Below are positions 27,609 to 36,523 of a DNA stretch of 56,297 nt, one piece after another. The position numbers were made by a program, and so were the translations under genes. Source of the stretch: Eubacteriales bacterium (GTDB lineage Bacteria; Bacillota; Clostridia; Oscillospirales; CAG-272); contig JAZNHD010000065.1 in NCBI GenBank assembly GCA_045576815.1, positions 1-56,297 of the forward strand, written 5' to 3'. A model generated the notes under the pieces. It was not told the DNA's origin. It did not search any database and was given only the letters and a program-made list of their open reading frames with translations. Each line of letters opens with the position of its first letter. The first letter of the stretch is position 1.

Positions 27609-30196
27609 TGGCGAAATCACGGAAAAACACAGCACGGGGCCTGGATTTCACCCGTACCTACGACCTATACGGCATCGGAGGCGACCTCTCGGAGCTTGTC
27701 AATATGTACGTCGATCACGACTCGGAGTATGGCGGAATAGAGACTGTGCCCGGCTTTCGTCAGATAGCATCGCTAGGTGCTGAAATTCACGGTCTATACC
27801 GCCAAAAGCTCGACACGGGTGTCGATTATTTAATTATTCACGCAGGCAGAGGACTATACAGAAAAGAGGTAGGTAAGGATGACGAGCTCGAAGAAATAAC
27901 CACCCTTTCGAGCAACGCCTCAACAGGCTTTACACTCGGAGATAGTCTCTATATTATTGACGGAGACAAAATTCTTGAGCTCCGCTCCGACGGCAGCGTA
28001 AATAACGTTGCCACAGACCCTTACATTCCCACAACCTACAAGAACGGACTCTTCTACGAGGAGCGCAACCTTCTAACGAAGAACTCGTATCAAGAATACG
28101 AGGTGGCAACAGCCGAGGAGTTTGCCTACGGCTCACCGCACCTATTATACTCAATAACAAGCCGCGTAGGACGCGAGTGCGCCGTGTCGGGAGTCGACAA
28201 AACGAAGACCGAGGCCCTTTTCGTACCCTCTTACAAGTATATTGGCGGTGTGAGATATGCCGTGACCGAGATACTGCCATACGCACTTGAGGGCTCGCTT
28301 GCGACTGAGCTCACAGTCAGCGAGGGTGTTATCAAAATCGGCGACAACGCCGTGCGAGGCTGTAAAAATCTCAGGCGGGCAATTTTACCCACAAGCCTTG
28401 AGGAAATCGGTAAATACGCCTTTGCGAGCGAGGCGAGCCTCAATTACGTAAGACTCGGATTAGGTCTTTCAAAAATCGGCGCCGGTGTCTTTGCTAACTG
28501 TCCCGAGCTTAGCAGTGTCGCCTACGAGGGCGACTCGGCACAGCTTGAAGCGATAGAGGGTAGCGCGTCCTTCTCGACAAAAACAATAGTGTATAACGTA
28601 ACCTACACCACCGTCACCGCCGCGTTTTCGACACACGGGTACGGGTTTAGACCTACACAGGTCTACATTGACGGGGTTTCACAGCCCTTTACCTTGTCCG
28701 GCTCGAACGAGGTACGCATAGAGCTTGATTACAAATCCGACCTTGAAGGAAAGCTAGTAAGAATATACGGAGTCGAGATGGTAGAAGCCGGTATGCAGGG
28801 CGAGCTTGGCGGCGACCTTGTTGCTCTTTACAAAAACAAAATTTCTCCCGAGACGGCGATTTTCGGCTGCACTCTTTCCACAGTGTTTGACGGGCGCGTA
28901 TTTCTCTCAGGCAACCCCGCGCTGCCCGGCGTGGTATTCTACTCATCCGAAACGCGCGACGGAGAAATCACCCCTCGCTACTTCGGCTCGTACGACTTCA
29001 TAAGCACCGGCAGCTCCTATCCCGTAAGCTCAATACTATCGACCGGCGACTCGCTTATAGTAACTAAATCCGGCGAGTCGGGCGAGGGCTCCGTGCTCTA
29101 TTACGGCAGAGGCAAGTCGATAATCTCGCCGCGCTCAACCCGCTATGAAAGGACACGCTCCTACGGAGTCGACGGCGGAGTAGCTCATGCTTGTGCGCTT
29201 TTCGGAGAGCCGCTCTTTGTTTCAGGAGATAGGCTTTACAAGTCCGGAGCATCAAAGAGTCTCGTCTGCGTATCGGAGCAACTTGGGGCCGAGCTACAGT
29301 CAAGCGAGAGTATATTTTCTGTTGAGTGGCAGGGGTATTTATTCCTCTCTCTCGGCAAAAAGGTTATACTCGTTGAAAAAAGAAGCACTGATGGCGGCTA
29401 CAGATTATACCCCCTTTCCGACATCGGAAGCTGGAAAAACTCGACACCGGTATATGTTTACGCAGATATTGCACACCCGGAGCTTGCCGTGTCAGAGAAG
29501 CGCGGTGAGGTCGCGTACGGAAGAGTTATGAGTCGAACAACGGAATACGGCGAAGTGCTTTACTACGTCATAGATGACGGCATTGAGGTAGCGGTTATGC
29601 CGACAGAGGAGCTGTCGGGCGGTATTTTTAACCCTGCAAGTCATGCCGTTTCAATAGGCAAGCGGCTCTATTTCGGCACCGGCTCGGGCGACGTATACCT
29701 GTTTAATAACGATTTGCGAGGTGTAGCACCGGAAAGAATAAGGGAAGGCTACGGCTTTGACGAAGAGGCTTACAAGGCTGCAATGGGAGATAAAATTCAC
29801 CCCGACTTCTACGACTTTGCAGGCCACAGAATAAGCTACTCTCTCGCGGTAGAAGACGACTATTGCGATGACATCACAGGCTATAAGCTCACCTCGCCAT
29901 TCGGTACGGTGATAACCGTGTCGGCAGACGGCACGGCGGCAGCATCCTACACGGCAGTGCGCGACGGAGAGCCGTCGGAGAGGATACTGCTTGTTACAGG
30001 CACTTTTGATTTTTCACTCCTTGATTTCTCGCTTCTTTCTCTGGCATCGGACGGCAGCGAAGCCTACATCTTGCCGGAGGAGCGAGTGCCGTGGATAAAG
30101 CACGGAGTGCACCTCGACTCAGAACAACACCGCTCGCCGCTCAAAATCAAGGCACTGTCGCTTTGCTACAAAACGGCCGGCAACATAAAAAGGTAA
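27608..30196 (+). CDS. Probable nozzle / DNA-stabilisation protein with inserted BspA-type leucine-rich repeats
   Basis: Beta-propeller-like segments (IETVPGF, FDGRVFLSGNP, RLYFGTGSGDVYLFN) interrupted by LRR_5 units (VIKIGDNAVRGCKNL, LEEIGKYAF, LSKIGAGVFANCPEL). Confidence 0.65.
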   Translation: MAKSRKNTARGLDFTRTYDLYGIGGDLSELVNMYVDHDSEYGGIETVPGFRQIASLGAEIHGLYRQKLDTGVDYLIIHAGRGLYRKEVGKDDELEEITTLSSNASTGFTLGDSLYIIDGDKILELRSDGSVNNVATDPYIPTTYKNGLFYEERNLLTKNSYQEYEVATAEEFAYGSPHLLYSITSRVGRECAVSGVDKTKTEALFVPSYKYIGGVRYAVTEILPYALEGSLATELTVSEGVIKIGDNAVRGCKNLRRAILPTSLEEIGKYAFASEASLNYVRLGLGLSKIGAGVFANCPELSSVAYEGDSAQLEAIEGSASFSTKTIVYNVTYTTVTAAFSTHGYGFRPTQVYIDGVSQPFTLSGSNEVRIELDYKSDLEGKLVRIYGVEMVEAGMQGELGGDLVALYKNKISPETAIFGCTLSTVFDGRVFLSGNPALPGVVFYSSETRDGEITPRYFGSYDFISTGSSYPVSSILSTGDSLIVTKSGESGEGSVLYYGRGKSIISPRSTRYERTRSYGVDGGVAHACALFGEPLFVSGDRLYKSGASKSLVCVSEQLGAELQSSESIFSVEWQGYLFLSLGKKVILVEKRSTDGGYRLYPLSDIGSWKNSTPVYVYADIAHPELAVSEKRGEVAYGRVMSRTTEYGEVLYYVIDDGIEVAVMPTEELSGGIFNPASHAVSIGKRLYFGTGSGDVYLFNNDLRGVAPERIREGYGFDEEAYKAAMGDKIHPDFYDFAGHRISYSLAVEDDYCDDITGYKLTSPFGTVITVSADGTAAASYTAVRDGEPSERILLVTGTFDFSLLDFSLLSLASDGSEAYILPEERVPWIKHGVHLDSEQHRSPLKIKALSLCYKTAGNIKR

Positions 30197-30344
30197 AAGA
30201 GAAATCAACCCGCAAAAAAGCGAAAAGCGTACCCCAAAAATTTAAATATTAGCGCACGGGTACCCACTTTTTGCGTTTTAGCAAAAAAACCGCGGGGCTC
30301 TTGCTTGCAAGACCCCCGCAAAAAAACAAGAAAGGAATACACAA

Positions 30345-30737
30345 ATGAAAACTAAAAAGATTTTCTCCTCGGAGCTTGACAGCTACAAGGTCAAATCTCT
30401 GCCAACAAGACCGACGGCGCCAATAGAGCTTGGTGGCGGTGGATACAGTGCAGACGAGCTTAAGACTGCGTTTGACCTGCTACCCCTTTTCGTAAATTCG
30501 CGCATAAACGACCTTGTTGACGATATAACAGCCGAGGGAAAAAACTCCCTTGCCGGCGCAATTCCCACGGGACTTGAGGAGGGGCATACGCTTTCCGACC
30601 TCTTTTCCGACGTAAACGACGGCACGCTCGCGGCAAGGCTCACCGTAGGCGGCGAATCTCTAGCCCTCGTCATAGCGAAAATCAAGGCAGCGCTTACAAG
30701 ACTTGGCGCATCGGTAGAGGAGGCGGAAAATGGCTAA
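30345..30737 (+). CDS. Phage-like hypothetical structural protein
   Basis: AAAGGA RBS; LPTRPT..GGGGYSADELKTAFD resembles N-termini of clostridial phage tail-associated proteins (recall only). Confidence 0.6.
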   Translation: MKTKKIFSSELDSYKVKSLPTRPTAPIELGGGGYSADELKTAFDLLPLFVNSRINDLVDDITAEGKNSLAGAIPTGLEEGHTLSDLFSDVNDGTLAARLTVGGESLALVIAKIKAALTRLGASVEEAENG

Positions 30738-31122
30738 ATTCGTATTTGAGCTTTTTGACGGATATGCCGAAACCTCGCTGTTTCTCCCCATTTCGGGCGA
30801 CCCCGTATTTCTTTTCTCGCCTTCACTTACGGGATATGTTACGGTGGGCGACAGAGCCTACGAGGTCACGGACGGTCGAGTTTCGATACCTATCTCTGAG
30901 CTACCCGTAGGCGACTTTTCCCCCGAGCTCATCTCAAAAAATAAAAGGTGGCTGCTGCCCTGCCTCGTTTTCGACGGAGAGACGGTAAGCCCGAAGCCAT
31001 ATGACGACGAATATATAAGGGCTCTCTCACGCGAGCTGCATGAAATGAGTAAGGAAATCGAGGCACTTATTGCTGAGGCAAAGAAAATTAAAGAAACAGT
31101 CTACGGCAAGCTGCTTTTTTAA
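30730..31122 (+). CDS. Hypothetical protein with C-terminal coiled coil
   Basis: GGAGG RBS, overlaps the upstream gene; heptad-like C-terminus. Confidence 0.7.
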   Translation: MAKFVFELFDGYAETSLFLPISGDPVFLFSPSLTGYVTVGDRAYEVTDGRVSIPISELPVGDFSPELISKNKRWLLPCLVFDGETVSPKPYDDEYIRALSRELHEMSKEIEALIAEAKKIKETVYGKLLF

Positions 31123-31147
31123 GCCGTAGAGAAAGGAATGGTACACA

Positions 31148-31831
31148 TTGAAATTTATAAAAAAATTTTTTCTTCTGATAGCTACCGTCGCACTCGTGGC
31201 ATCGCTCGGTCTCAACGCTTTTGCAAGCGAGAGCGCGGAAAACGCATCTGAGGATACAGAAAACAGCTACACGGATACCGACTCCAGCTCCAAAAATCTC
31301 GACACGGGTGGTGAGGTAAATGATACGGACGAGAACATAGACAACGCAGGTGAGAATCCCTTCGAGGTGATATTTCAGCTGATATGCAACTACTCCGGAG
31401 AGATATTCTCCGCGCTCGCCTTTTTAGGAACTCTTATCGTTGCTCACTTTTACAAGCGGGGCATGCTGCCGGCACTGAGAAGCGCGCTCGGTAACGTAAG
31501 CACGGCACTCGGAGCAGCATCCGACAAGACGGAGGAAGCATTACTCCTCATAAAAAAGAAAACCGAGACGATAGACAGTATGCTTGAATACTCGGGGGGC
31601 GTAATTGACGACGTTGCAGGCTCCCTTGAGCGAGTAGAATCCGAGCTAAAGGCAGTAAAGGAGAGTCGCGACGAGCGAGCGGCCTACAAAACCATTATGC
31701 TCTCGCAGGTTGATATGCTCTACGATATTTTCATGTCTTCGGCTCTTCCGCAATACAAGAAGGACGAGATTGGCGAAAGAATAGGAGCGATGAGAGAGGA
31801 GCTGAAGCTCTGCGATGAAAGCACAAAATAA
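31148..31831 (+). CDS. Membrane protein: signal peptide, acidic linker, TM helix, coiled coil
   Basis: MKFIKKFFLLIATVALVASLGLNAFA signal-like N-terminus; second hydrophobic helix IFSALAFLGTLIV; TTG start after AAAGGA. Confidence 0.7.
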   Translation: MKFIKKFFLLIATVALVASLGLNAFASESAENASEDTENSYTDTDSSSKNLDTGGEVNDTDENIDNAGENPFEVIFQLICNYSGEIFSALAFLGTLIVAHFYKRGMLPALRSALGNVSTALGAASDKTEEALLLIKKKTETIDSMLEYSGGVIDDVAGSLERVESELKAVKESRDERAAYKTIMLSQVDMLYDIFMSSALPQYKKDEIGERIGAMREELKLCDESTK

Positions 31832-32186
31832 CAGCACTTTTGTAAGGTTTGCTTTACATATTCTTGCTCTTTCGCTTTGCATTTTGCCGCCGGCGCTCGC
31901 GACACTTTATTATTTTCCTCTTTGGCAGGTTCGCGGAGGTTTTGCGCTTTTATCGGGCGGAGCGGTGCTTTTGTTAACTCTTTCGGCAATCCCCCTAATG
32001 AAGCTGATTACCGCTAAAATTCGCTCAGCGGCAAGCTACGTTATGTGGAGCATAATCTTCATTATCTTCTTTCTTCTTCGCGAAATAGCCGACGAGATGA
32101 CAGTAATCTCCTTTTTCGGTGCTGTCGGCAATCTTGCCGGTGCTCTAATCTTTAAAATAGCAAAGGGCGGTGATGACGACGGATAA
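31815..32186 (+). CDS. Small 4-TM membrane protein (holin-like candidate)
   Basis: 123 aa with four hydrophobic segments; overlaps both neighbours. Confidence 0.7.
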   Translation: MKAQNNSTFVRFALHILALSLCILPPALATLYYFPLWQVRGGFALLSGGAVLLLTLSAIPLMKLITAKIRSAASYVMWSIIFIIFFLLREIADEMTVISFFGAVGNLAGALIFKIAKGGDDDG

Positions 32187-33000
32187 AAACACCCCCACCC
32201 TTGACGGACTCCTGACCGAGCGTCGCGCCGCCTCCTTTATTGCCGAGTGCGGCTCAAAAATCGTCGCCGCGTTAACGGTTATTCTCTCTGCGACGGTAAT
32301 TTTTGCCGACGTCACCTTTGCCTCTGTGGGCACAGCAAGCTACACCTCCACCCTACTCGTTCTGCTCGTTTCAACATATCTTATGTATTTTTCACTTGAA
32401 GACGTTGGTGAGCGAGCAGGAGAGTCGTGTGAAGAGGCTCGCGCAGTATACACACGGTATGAAGAGGTTAAGGCCAAGATAAAGCCCGATGAAATAGCCT
32501 CTCTCCGTGAGTTTCTCGCCGATTATTCCGCAAAGGAGCTTCTCTTTCGAAAAAAGACGATACTTGCCGCAGGGGGACTTACCGAGGAGGATTTTCAAGC
32601 CTTTTTATCCGGAAAAGCCTACCCCCGTGCAGAAAAATCGGTGCTGAAAAGAGCAAAGCGGCAGCGCGCCGCGCCGCTTACGCCAAAGATACTGCTTTCA
32701 GGTGTTGAGAACAGCTCTCAAAGCGAGCTCGAAAACCCCGAGCGACACAAGCTCGCAGGTCTCTTTATAAGGCTTATCCCCACAAGCATATGCATGCTCT
32801 TCACCGTCTCGCTGGCCCTCTCTGCAAAGGACGGGCTTACCGCCTCGGCCGTTATAGACGGCATTTTCAAGCTCTCCTCGCTGCCGCTTGCAGGACTTCG
32901 AGGCTATCGGGCCGGATATATTTTTGCCCGCCATACCCGCACAGCCTGGTGCGAGGTTAAGACAAGGATACTCGAAGCGTATCTCGCAAATACGCCATAA
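32170..33000 (+). CDS. Membrane protein (2 TM, soluble loop, 2 TM)
   Basis: Hydrophobic helix pairs at both ends; last gene before the terminator. Confidence 0.7.
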   Translation: MMTTDKNTPTLDGLLTERRAASFIAECGSKIVAALTVILSATVIFADVTFASVGTASYTSTLLVLLVSTYLMYFSLEDVGERAGESCEEARAVYTRYEEVKAKIKPDEIASLREFLADYSAKELLFRKKTILAAGGLTEEDFQAFLSGKAYPRAEKSVLKRAKRQRAAPLTPKILLSGVENSSQSELENPERHKLAGLFIRLIPTSICMLFTVSLALSAKDGLTASAVIDGIFKLSSLPLAGLRGYRAGYIFARHTRTAWCEVKTRILEAYLANTP

Positions 33001-33005
33001 ATAAA

Positions 33006-33030
33006 AAGACGGCAGCTCTTCTGCCGTCTT
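33006..33030 (+). terminator. Hairpin ending the phage-like operon
   Basis: AAGACGGCAG-CTCTT-CTGCCGTCTT immediately after the 33000 stop; short U-tract. Confidence 0.6.
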
Positions 33031-33058
33031 GACAAATTACAGCAAGGCGTGCTATAAT
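33029..33058 (+). promoter_or_regulatory. Sigma-A promoter of the helicase gene
   Basis: TTGACA-18 nt-TATAAT with an extended TG. Confidence 0.8.
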
Positions 33059-33087
33059 CAATTATATGTTTTTGGAAGGAGAGCTCT

Positions 33088-35484
33088 ATGCGTTACGACA
33101 GCAAAAAAAACCGAATACTCGTAACCGACACCGAGCTCGTCTCCATTGCCCGCCGCGGTGTTGCGGCAGCACTCTCCGAGGATAGTGTAGACAAAGGGCC
33201 GCCCGCTGTTATAAGAGCACTCATTGAGGGTGAGCCCGAATATATAAATTATGATTTTACCGTCGGCAGTTGGGACTTCACCCTTATCGGCGCGGTGTAC
33301 AACTTCTACTTTGATATCGCCACCCGTGTAGCAAAATTCGACCTCTACTTATCCGTAGAGAGCCCTTCGCGCCCGCGCCGTGAGGAGACCGAGCTTTTAC
33401 GCGGCAGAGCCTTCATTTTATCCGAGGCGCTGCGCACAGTATACGGTTTTGAAAGCACTCACGTAATGCTACACTACGTAAATACGAGGAGCGGTGAGGT
33501 AGACACGGCGGAGGAAACAATTGAAAAGACGAAGCTCTCTGCATTCTGGAAAAAATGTGCCGCAGCACTCTTAACATTCGGCAAGCCGGAGGTCGAGCGC
33601 GTGACGGTAAGACTCCCGTCTATTAAGAATATGCGTTTTCCGTACCCGAAAATTCGTGACGGTCAGCGCACGTTTATCCACGCGGCATACCGCGCACTCT
33701 CAAGACACGGCAGACTCTTTGCCGAGGCTCCGACCGGTACGGGTAAAACCGTTGCGGCGCTCTACCCTGCACTGCGAGCTGTCGGTGACGAAAAGTACGA
33801 CAAGATTTTTTATCTGACACCAAAATCAACGATTGCCGAGGCGGCGGCAGATTGCCTTGCTCTATTCTCCGCGCAGGGCGTTAGGCTGCGCTCTATTATT
33901 ATCACGGCAAAGGAAAGAATTTGTATTGGCGGCGGTGTATGCCGTGAGGACAAAAGGCTTTGCTCGAATGCTAAGCTGACCCATCTGCCCGAGGCAGCTC
34001 TTGCACTGTATAATTTTGACAAGGCGGTTGTCAGGGGCGAGGACGTCAGGTGCGTAGCAAGAGAATACAAGGTGTGCCCCTACGAGCTGTCGCTCACATA
34101 CGCAGAGCTTTGCGACGCGGTGATATGCGACGAGAATTATCTTTTTGACCCGCAGGTTTATATCCGCCGTTTTTTTGACACGGGTGAGCGCTTTGCAGTC
34201 CTCGTTGACGAGGCGCACAACCTTGCGGAACGGGCAAGAGAGATGTACTCCGCATCTCTTTCTACAAAAGAGCTTTCGGACACGCCTCTTTTAAATGTCC
34301 TTGGCGAGCACTCAGCACTTCGCACCGTCATAGAAGAAGCGAAAGTCGCACTCATTGACACCCTCTTTCCTTACGTTAAGGATGAAATTCGTGACACGGG
34401 TGGGGGAAAACACGAGGGTGCTGCCCACACTCGTGAGGTTCCGCCAAGGCTCTATACACTCGCCGACGCGCTATTAATGGCGACAGAGCGCGAGCTCTTT
34501 GACACACTGTCAGCCTCGGATAACGAGCGTGGCGAGCGAGTCCGACTCCTGCGCGAGCTTTGCTACGACCTCTCTCATTTTCAGAAAATTCTCGAAAAAT
34601 TCGACACGGGGTACGAGATGTTCATCTTTTTTGAGGACGGAGAGCTCACAGTGCGTCTATTCTGTCTTGACACGGGTATAGTCCTTTCCGACAGACTTTC
34701 GCATGTGGGCGGTGCTGTACTTTTCTCCGCAACACTCTCGCCTATCGAATACTATAAATCGGTTCTTGGCGGTGACAGGAGTGACGATACCGTCGTTGCC
34801 GACTCGCCTTTTGATAAATCTCAGCTGTCGGTGTCTATAGTCGACAGCGTCAGCACCCGTTTTTCCGAGCGAGAGGAGACTACCCTCGCGGCCCTGCGCG
34901 TTATAGCAGCGACGGTGTCGGCAAGACGGGGGAACTACATAGTTTTCTCTCCCTCGTTTGCCTACTCCGACACACTCGCAAGAGCCTTCAAGGCAAAATA
35001 TCCTAAGCTGCGCACACTCGTACAAAGGCGTAATATGTCATACGCGGAGCGCGAGGAATTTCTTAAAGCTCTCGACGCACCCGACGGCTCGTATCTCTTA
35101 GCCTTTTGCGTTATGGGCGGTATTTTTGCCGAAGGTATTGACCTCGTGGGTGATAAGCTCATAGGAGCGGTTGTCGTCGGCATTGGTATTCCTCAACTTT
35201 CCTACGAGCGCGAGGCCATCGCAGCTTACTATCAGGATAAGTATGAGATGGGCAAGGAATACGCCTACCTCTACCCCGGAATGAACCGAGTCTTTCAGGC
35301 GGCCGGCAGAGTTATCAGGCGCGAGGATGACAGGGGCGTTATAGTTCTTATCGACGACCGCTTCCGCGACCCGATTTATAAAAGAAGTCTGCCGACTCTT
35401 TGGTCGGGCGTGCATTTTATAGGAAATCCAAAGGAGCTAAAGGAAGAGCTCGACGCCTTCTGGAAGGCGGGAGATGAAAAATAA
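33088..35484 (+). CDS. Rad3/DinG (XPD-family) Fe-S ATP-dependent DNA helicase
   Basis: EAPTGTGKT, Fe-S cysteines (CIGGGVC..C..CPYE), DEAHN, SATL, FAEGID, QAAGRVIR, DDRF. Confidence 0.93.
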   Translation: MRYDSKKNRILVTDTELVSIARRGVAAALSEDSVDKGPPAVIRALIEGEPEYINYDFTVGSWDFTLIGAVYNFYFDIATRVAKFDLYLSVESPSRPRREETELLRGRAFILSEALRTVYGFESTHVMLHYVNTRSGEVDTAEETIEKTKLSAFWKKCAAALLTFGKPEVERVTVRLPSIKNMRFPYPKIRDGQRTFIHAAYRALSRHGRLFAEAPTGTGKTVAALYPALRAVGDEKYDKIFYLTPKSTIAEAAADCLALFSAQGVRLRSIIITAKERICIGGGVCREDKRLCSNAKLTHLPEAALALYNFDKAVVRGEDVRCVAREYKVCPYELSLTYAELCDAVICDENYLFDPQVYIRRFFDTGERFAVLVDEAHNLAERAREMYSASLSTKELSDTPLLNVLGEHSALRTVIEEAKVALIDTLFPYVKDEIRDTGGGKHEGAAHTREVPPRLYTLADALLMATERELFDTLSASDNERGERVRLLRELCYDLSHFQKILEKFDTGYEMFIFFEDGELTVRLFCLDTGIVLSDRLSHVGGAVLFSATLSPIEYYKSVLGGDRSDDTVVADSPFDKSQLSVSIVDSVSTRFSEREETTLAALRVIAATVSARRGNYIVFSPSFAYSDTLARAFKAKYPKLRTLVQRRNMSYAEREEFLKALDAPDGSYLLAFCVMGGIFAEGIDLVGDKLIGAVVVGIGIPQLSYEREAIAAYYQDKYEMGKEYAYLYPGMNRVFQAAGRVIRREDDRGVIVLIDDRFRDPIYKRSLPTLWSGVHFIGNPKELKEELDAFWKAGDEK

Positions 35485-35558
35485 AAACACCGCCATCGGC
35501 TATTATAATAAAAAGAGCAGCTACACAGTAATAAACCTTGTGTGACTGCTTTTTCATT

Positions 35559-35780
35559 TTAGTTGACGGCTTCTATTTTTCTCATGAGCTCGCTCGGCAC
35601 AATATTCAGAGCCTCCGCTATTCTGAAAAAGGTTTCAAGTGTCGGCTTGCGCAAGCCTCTCTCAATAGCGCTGAGATGCGTACGTCCAATTCCGGCAAGT
35701 CCGCTGACAACCTCCTGTGAAAGTCCTCTTTTTTCTCTGTATTCCTGTATAACCCGTCCTACAATAACCGCATCAAGCAT
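35559..35780 (-). CDS. XRE family helix-turn-helix regulator
   Basis: GLSQEVVSGLAGIGRTHLSAIERGLRKPTL; AGGAGG RBS. Confidence 0.9.
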   Translation of the reverse strand: MLDAVIVGRVIQEYREKRGLSQEVVSGLAGIGRTHLSAIERGLRKPTLETFFRIAEALNIVPSELMRKIEAVN

Positions 35781-35827
35781 ATAAAACCCTCCTTATAATA
35801 CTATTGTATTATTTCCTGAAGAGTTTT

Positions 35828-35869
35828 TTGAATACATATGTTGACAATTGAATACAAATGTGTTATACT
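35828..35869 (+). promoter_or_regulatory. Sigma-A promoter overlapped by direct-repeat operator
   Basis: TTGACA (35841)-17 nt-TATACT (35864); TTGAATACAWATG at 35828 and 35848. Confidence 0.7.
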
Positions 35870-35916
35870 GTTTTTACTGCTGATAAGCAGCAATAAAAAC
35901 AAAAGGAAGACTAAAA

Positions 35917-36489
35917 ATGGCACAGATGACAAAAAATCAAAAAGGAACTGCAAAAAACAGTATCTCGCGCGAGGAGCAGATAAGGCTCTCGCATATTATT
36001 GCAGAGGAGAGTGGCTGCGAGGACTACACGCTTGAGAGAATAGAGGAGCACAATGCAGCTCGCAAGATCCCCGAAAAGACACAAGTCAAAAAGCTCATAT
36101 GGCTTGCGACTCACAAATTCGTCAATCTCGCCTTTGCGCTCACTATAGTAATTTCCGGACTTGTTTTCACGCTTATTGTTGGAATCGCAACGGGTTTTGT
36201 GGGAACCGTGTATCTTTTCGGCACAATTATCGGTGCTTTTGCCGGCTTTGTAGTCGGGTCGTTCCTATTCCCGCTTCAAGTTAATAGAAAAAACTGCGGC
36301 ACTTGCGAAACACTCCTTTCCCGTCGCGAGCTTTACCGCAAGAAGTTAAGCTCGGAGGAACATATAGATAGAAGCTCCAATCCGTGGCGTCTGGTTGAAA
36401 CTACCACTTATGCCGTTGTCATTGAATGTAGAAGCTGCGGTGAAAGAACCGTCGAAGTTGTAAAGGAAATCGAGATCTTAAATAAATAA
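35917..36489 (+). CDS. Hypothetical membrane protein with C-terminal zinc ribbon
   Basis: Two TM helices followed by CGTC and CRSCG. Confidence 0.7.
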   Translation: MAQMTKNQKGTAKNSISREEQIRLSHIIAEESGCEDYTLERIEEHNAARKIPEKTQVKKLIWLATHKFVNLAFALTIVISGLVFTLIVGIATGFVGTVYLFGTIIGAFAGFVVGSFLFPLQVNRKNCGTCETLLSRRELYRKKLSSEEHIDRSSNPWRLVETTTYAVVIECRSCGERTVEVVKEIEILNK

Positions 36490-36523
36490 CATAAAAAGCC
36501 ACGGCACTCCGTGGCTTTTTATG
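36490..36523. terminator. Bidirectional terminator
   Basis: CATAAAAAGCCACGG/CCGTGGCTTTTTATG perfect stem between convergent genes. Confidence 0.8.

Larger units (their letters stand above)
21231..33000 (+). mobile_element. Phage-derived head/packaging operon without integrase or lysin: candidate gene transfer agent or domesticated prophage
   Basis: 13 co-oriented, mostly overlapping or abutting ORFs in the order rep-like, TerS, TerL, portal, scaffold, capsid, adaptor, nozzle-like, 2 small proteins, 3 membrane proteins; flanked by host genes. Confidence 0.85.

Noticed and set aside
21231-33000. Complete temperate prophage or phage satellite (PICI/cf-PICI)
   Set aside because: No integrase, att repeats, repressor pair, primase/helicase or lysin is recognisable, and composition is host-like. 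A degrading prophage cannot be excluded without comparative data.
33088-35484. DinG-type helicase as part of the phage-like operon or of a type IV CRISPR system
   Set aside because: It is separated by a hairpin and has its own consensus sigma-A promoter; it is a common housekeeping family and no cas genes are present.
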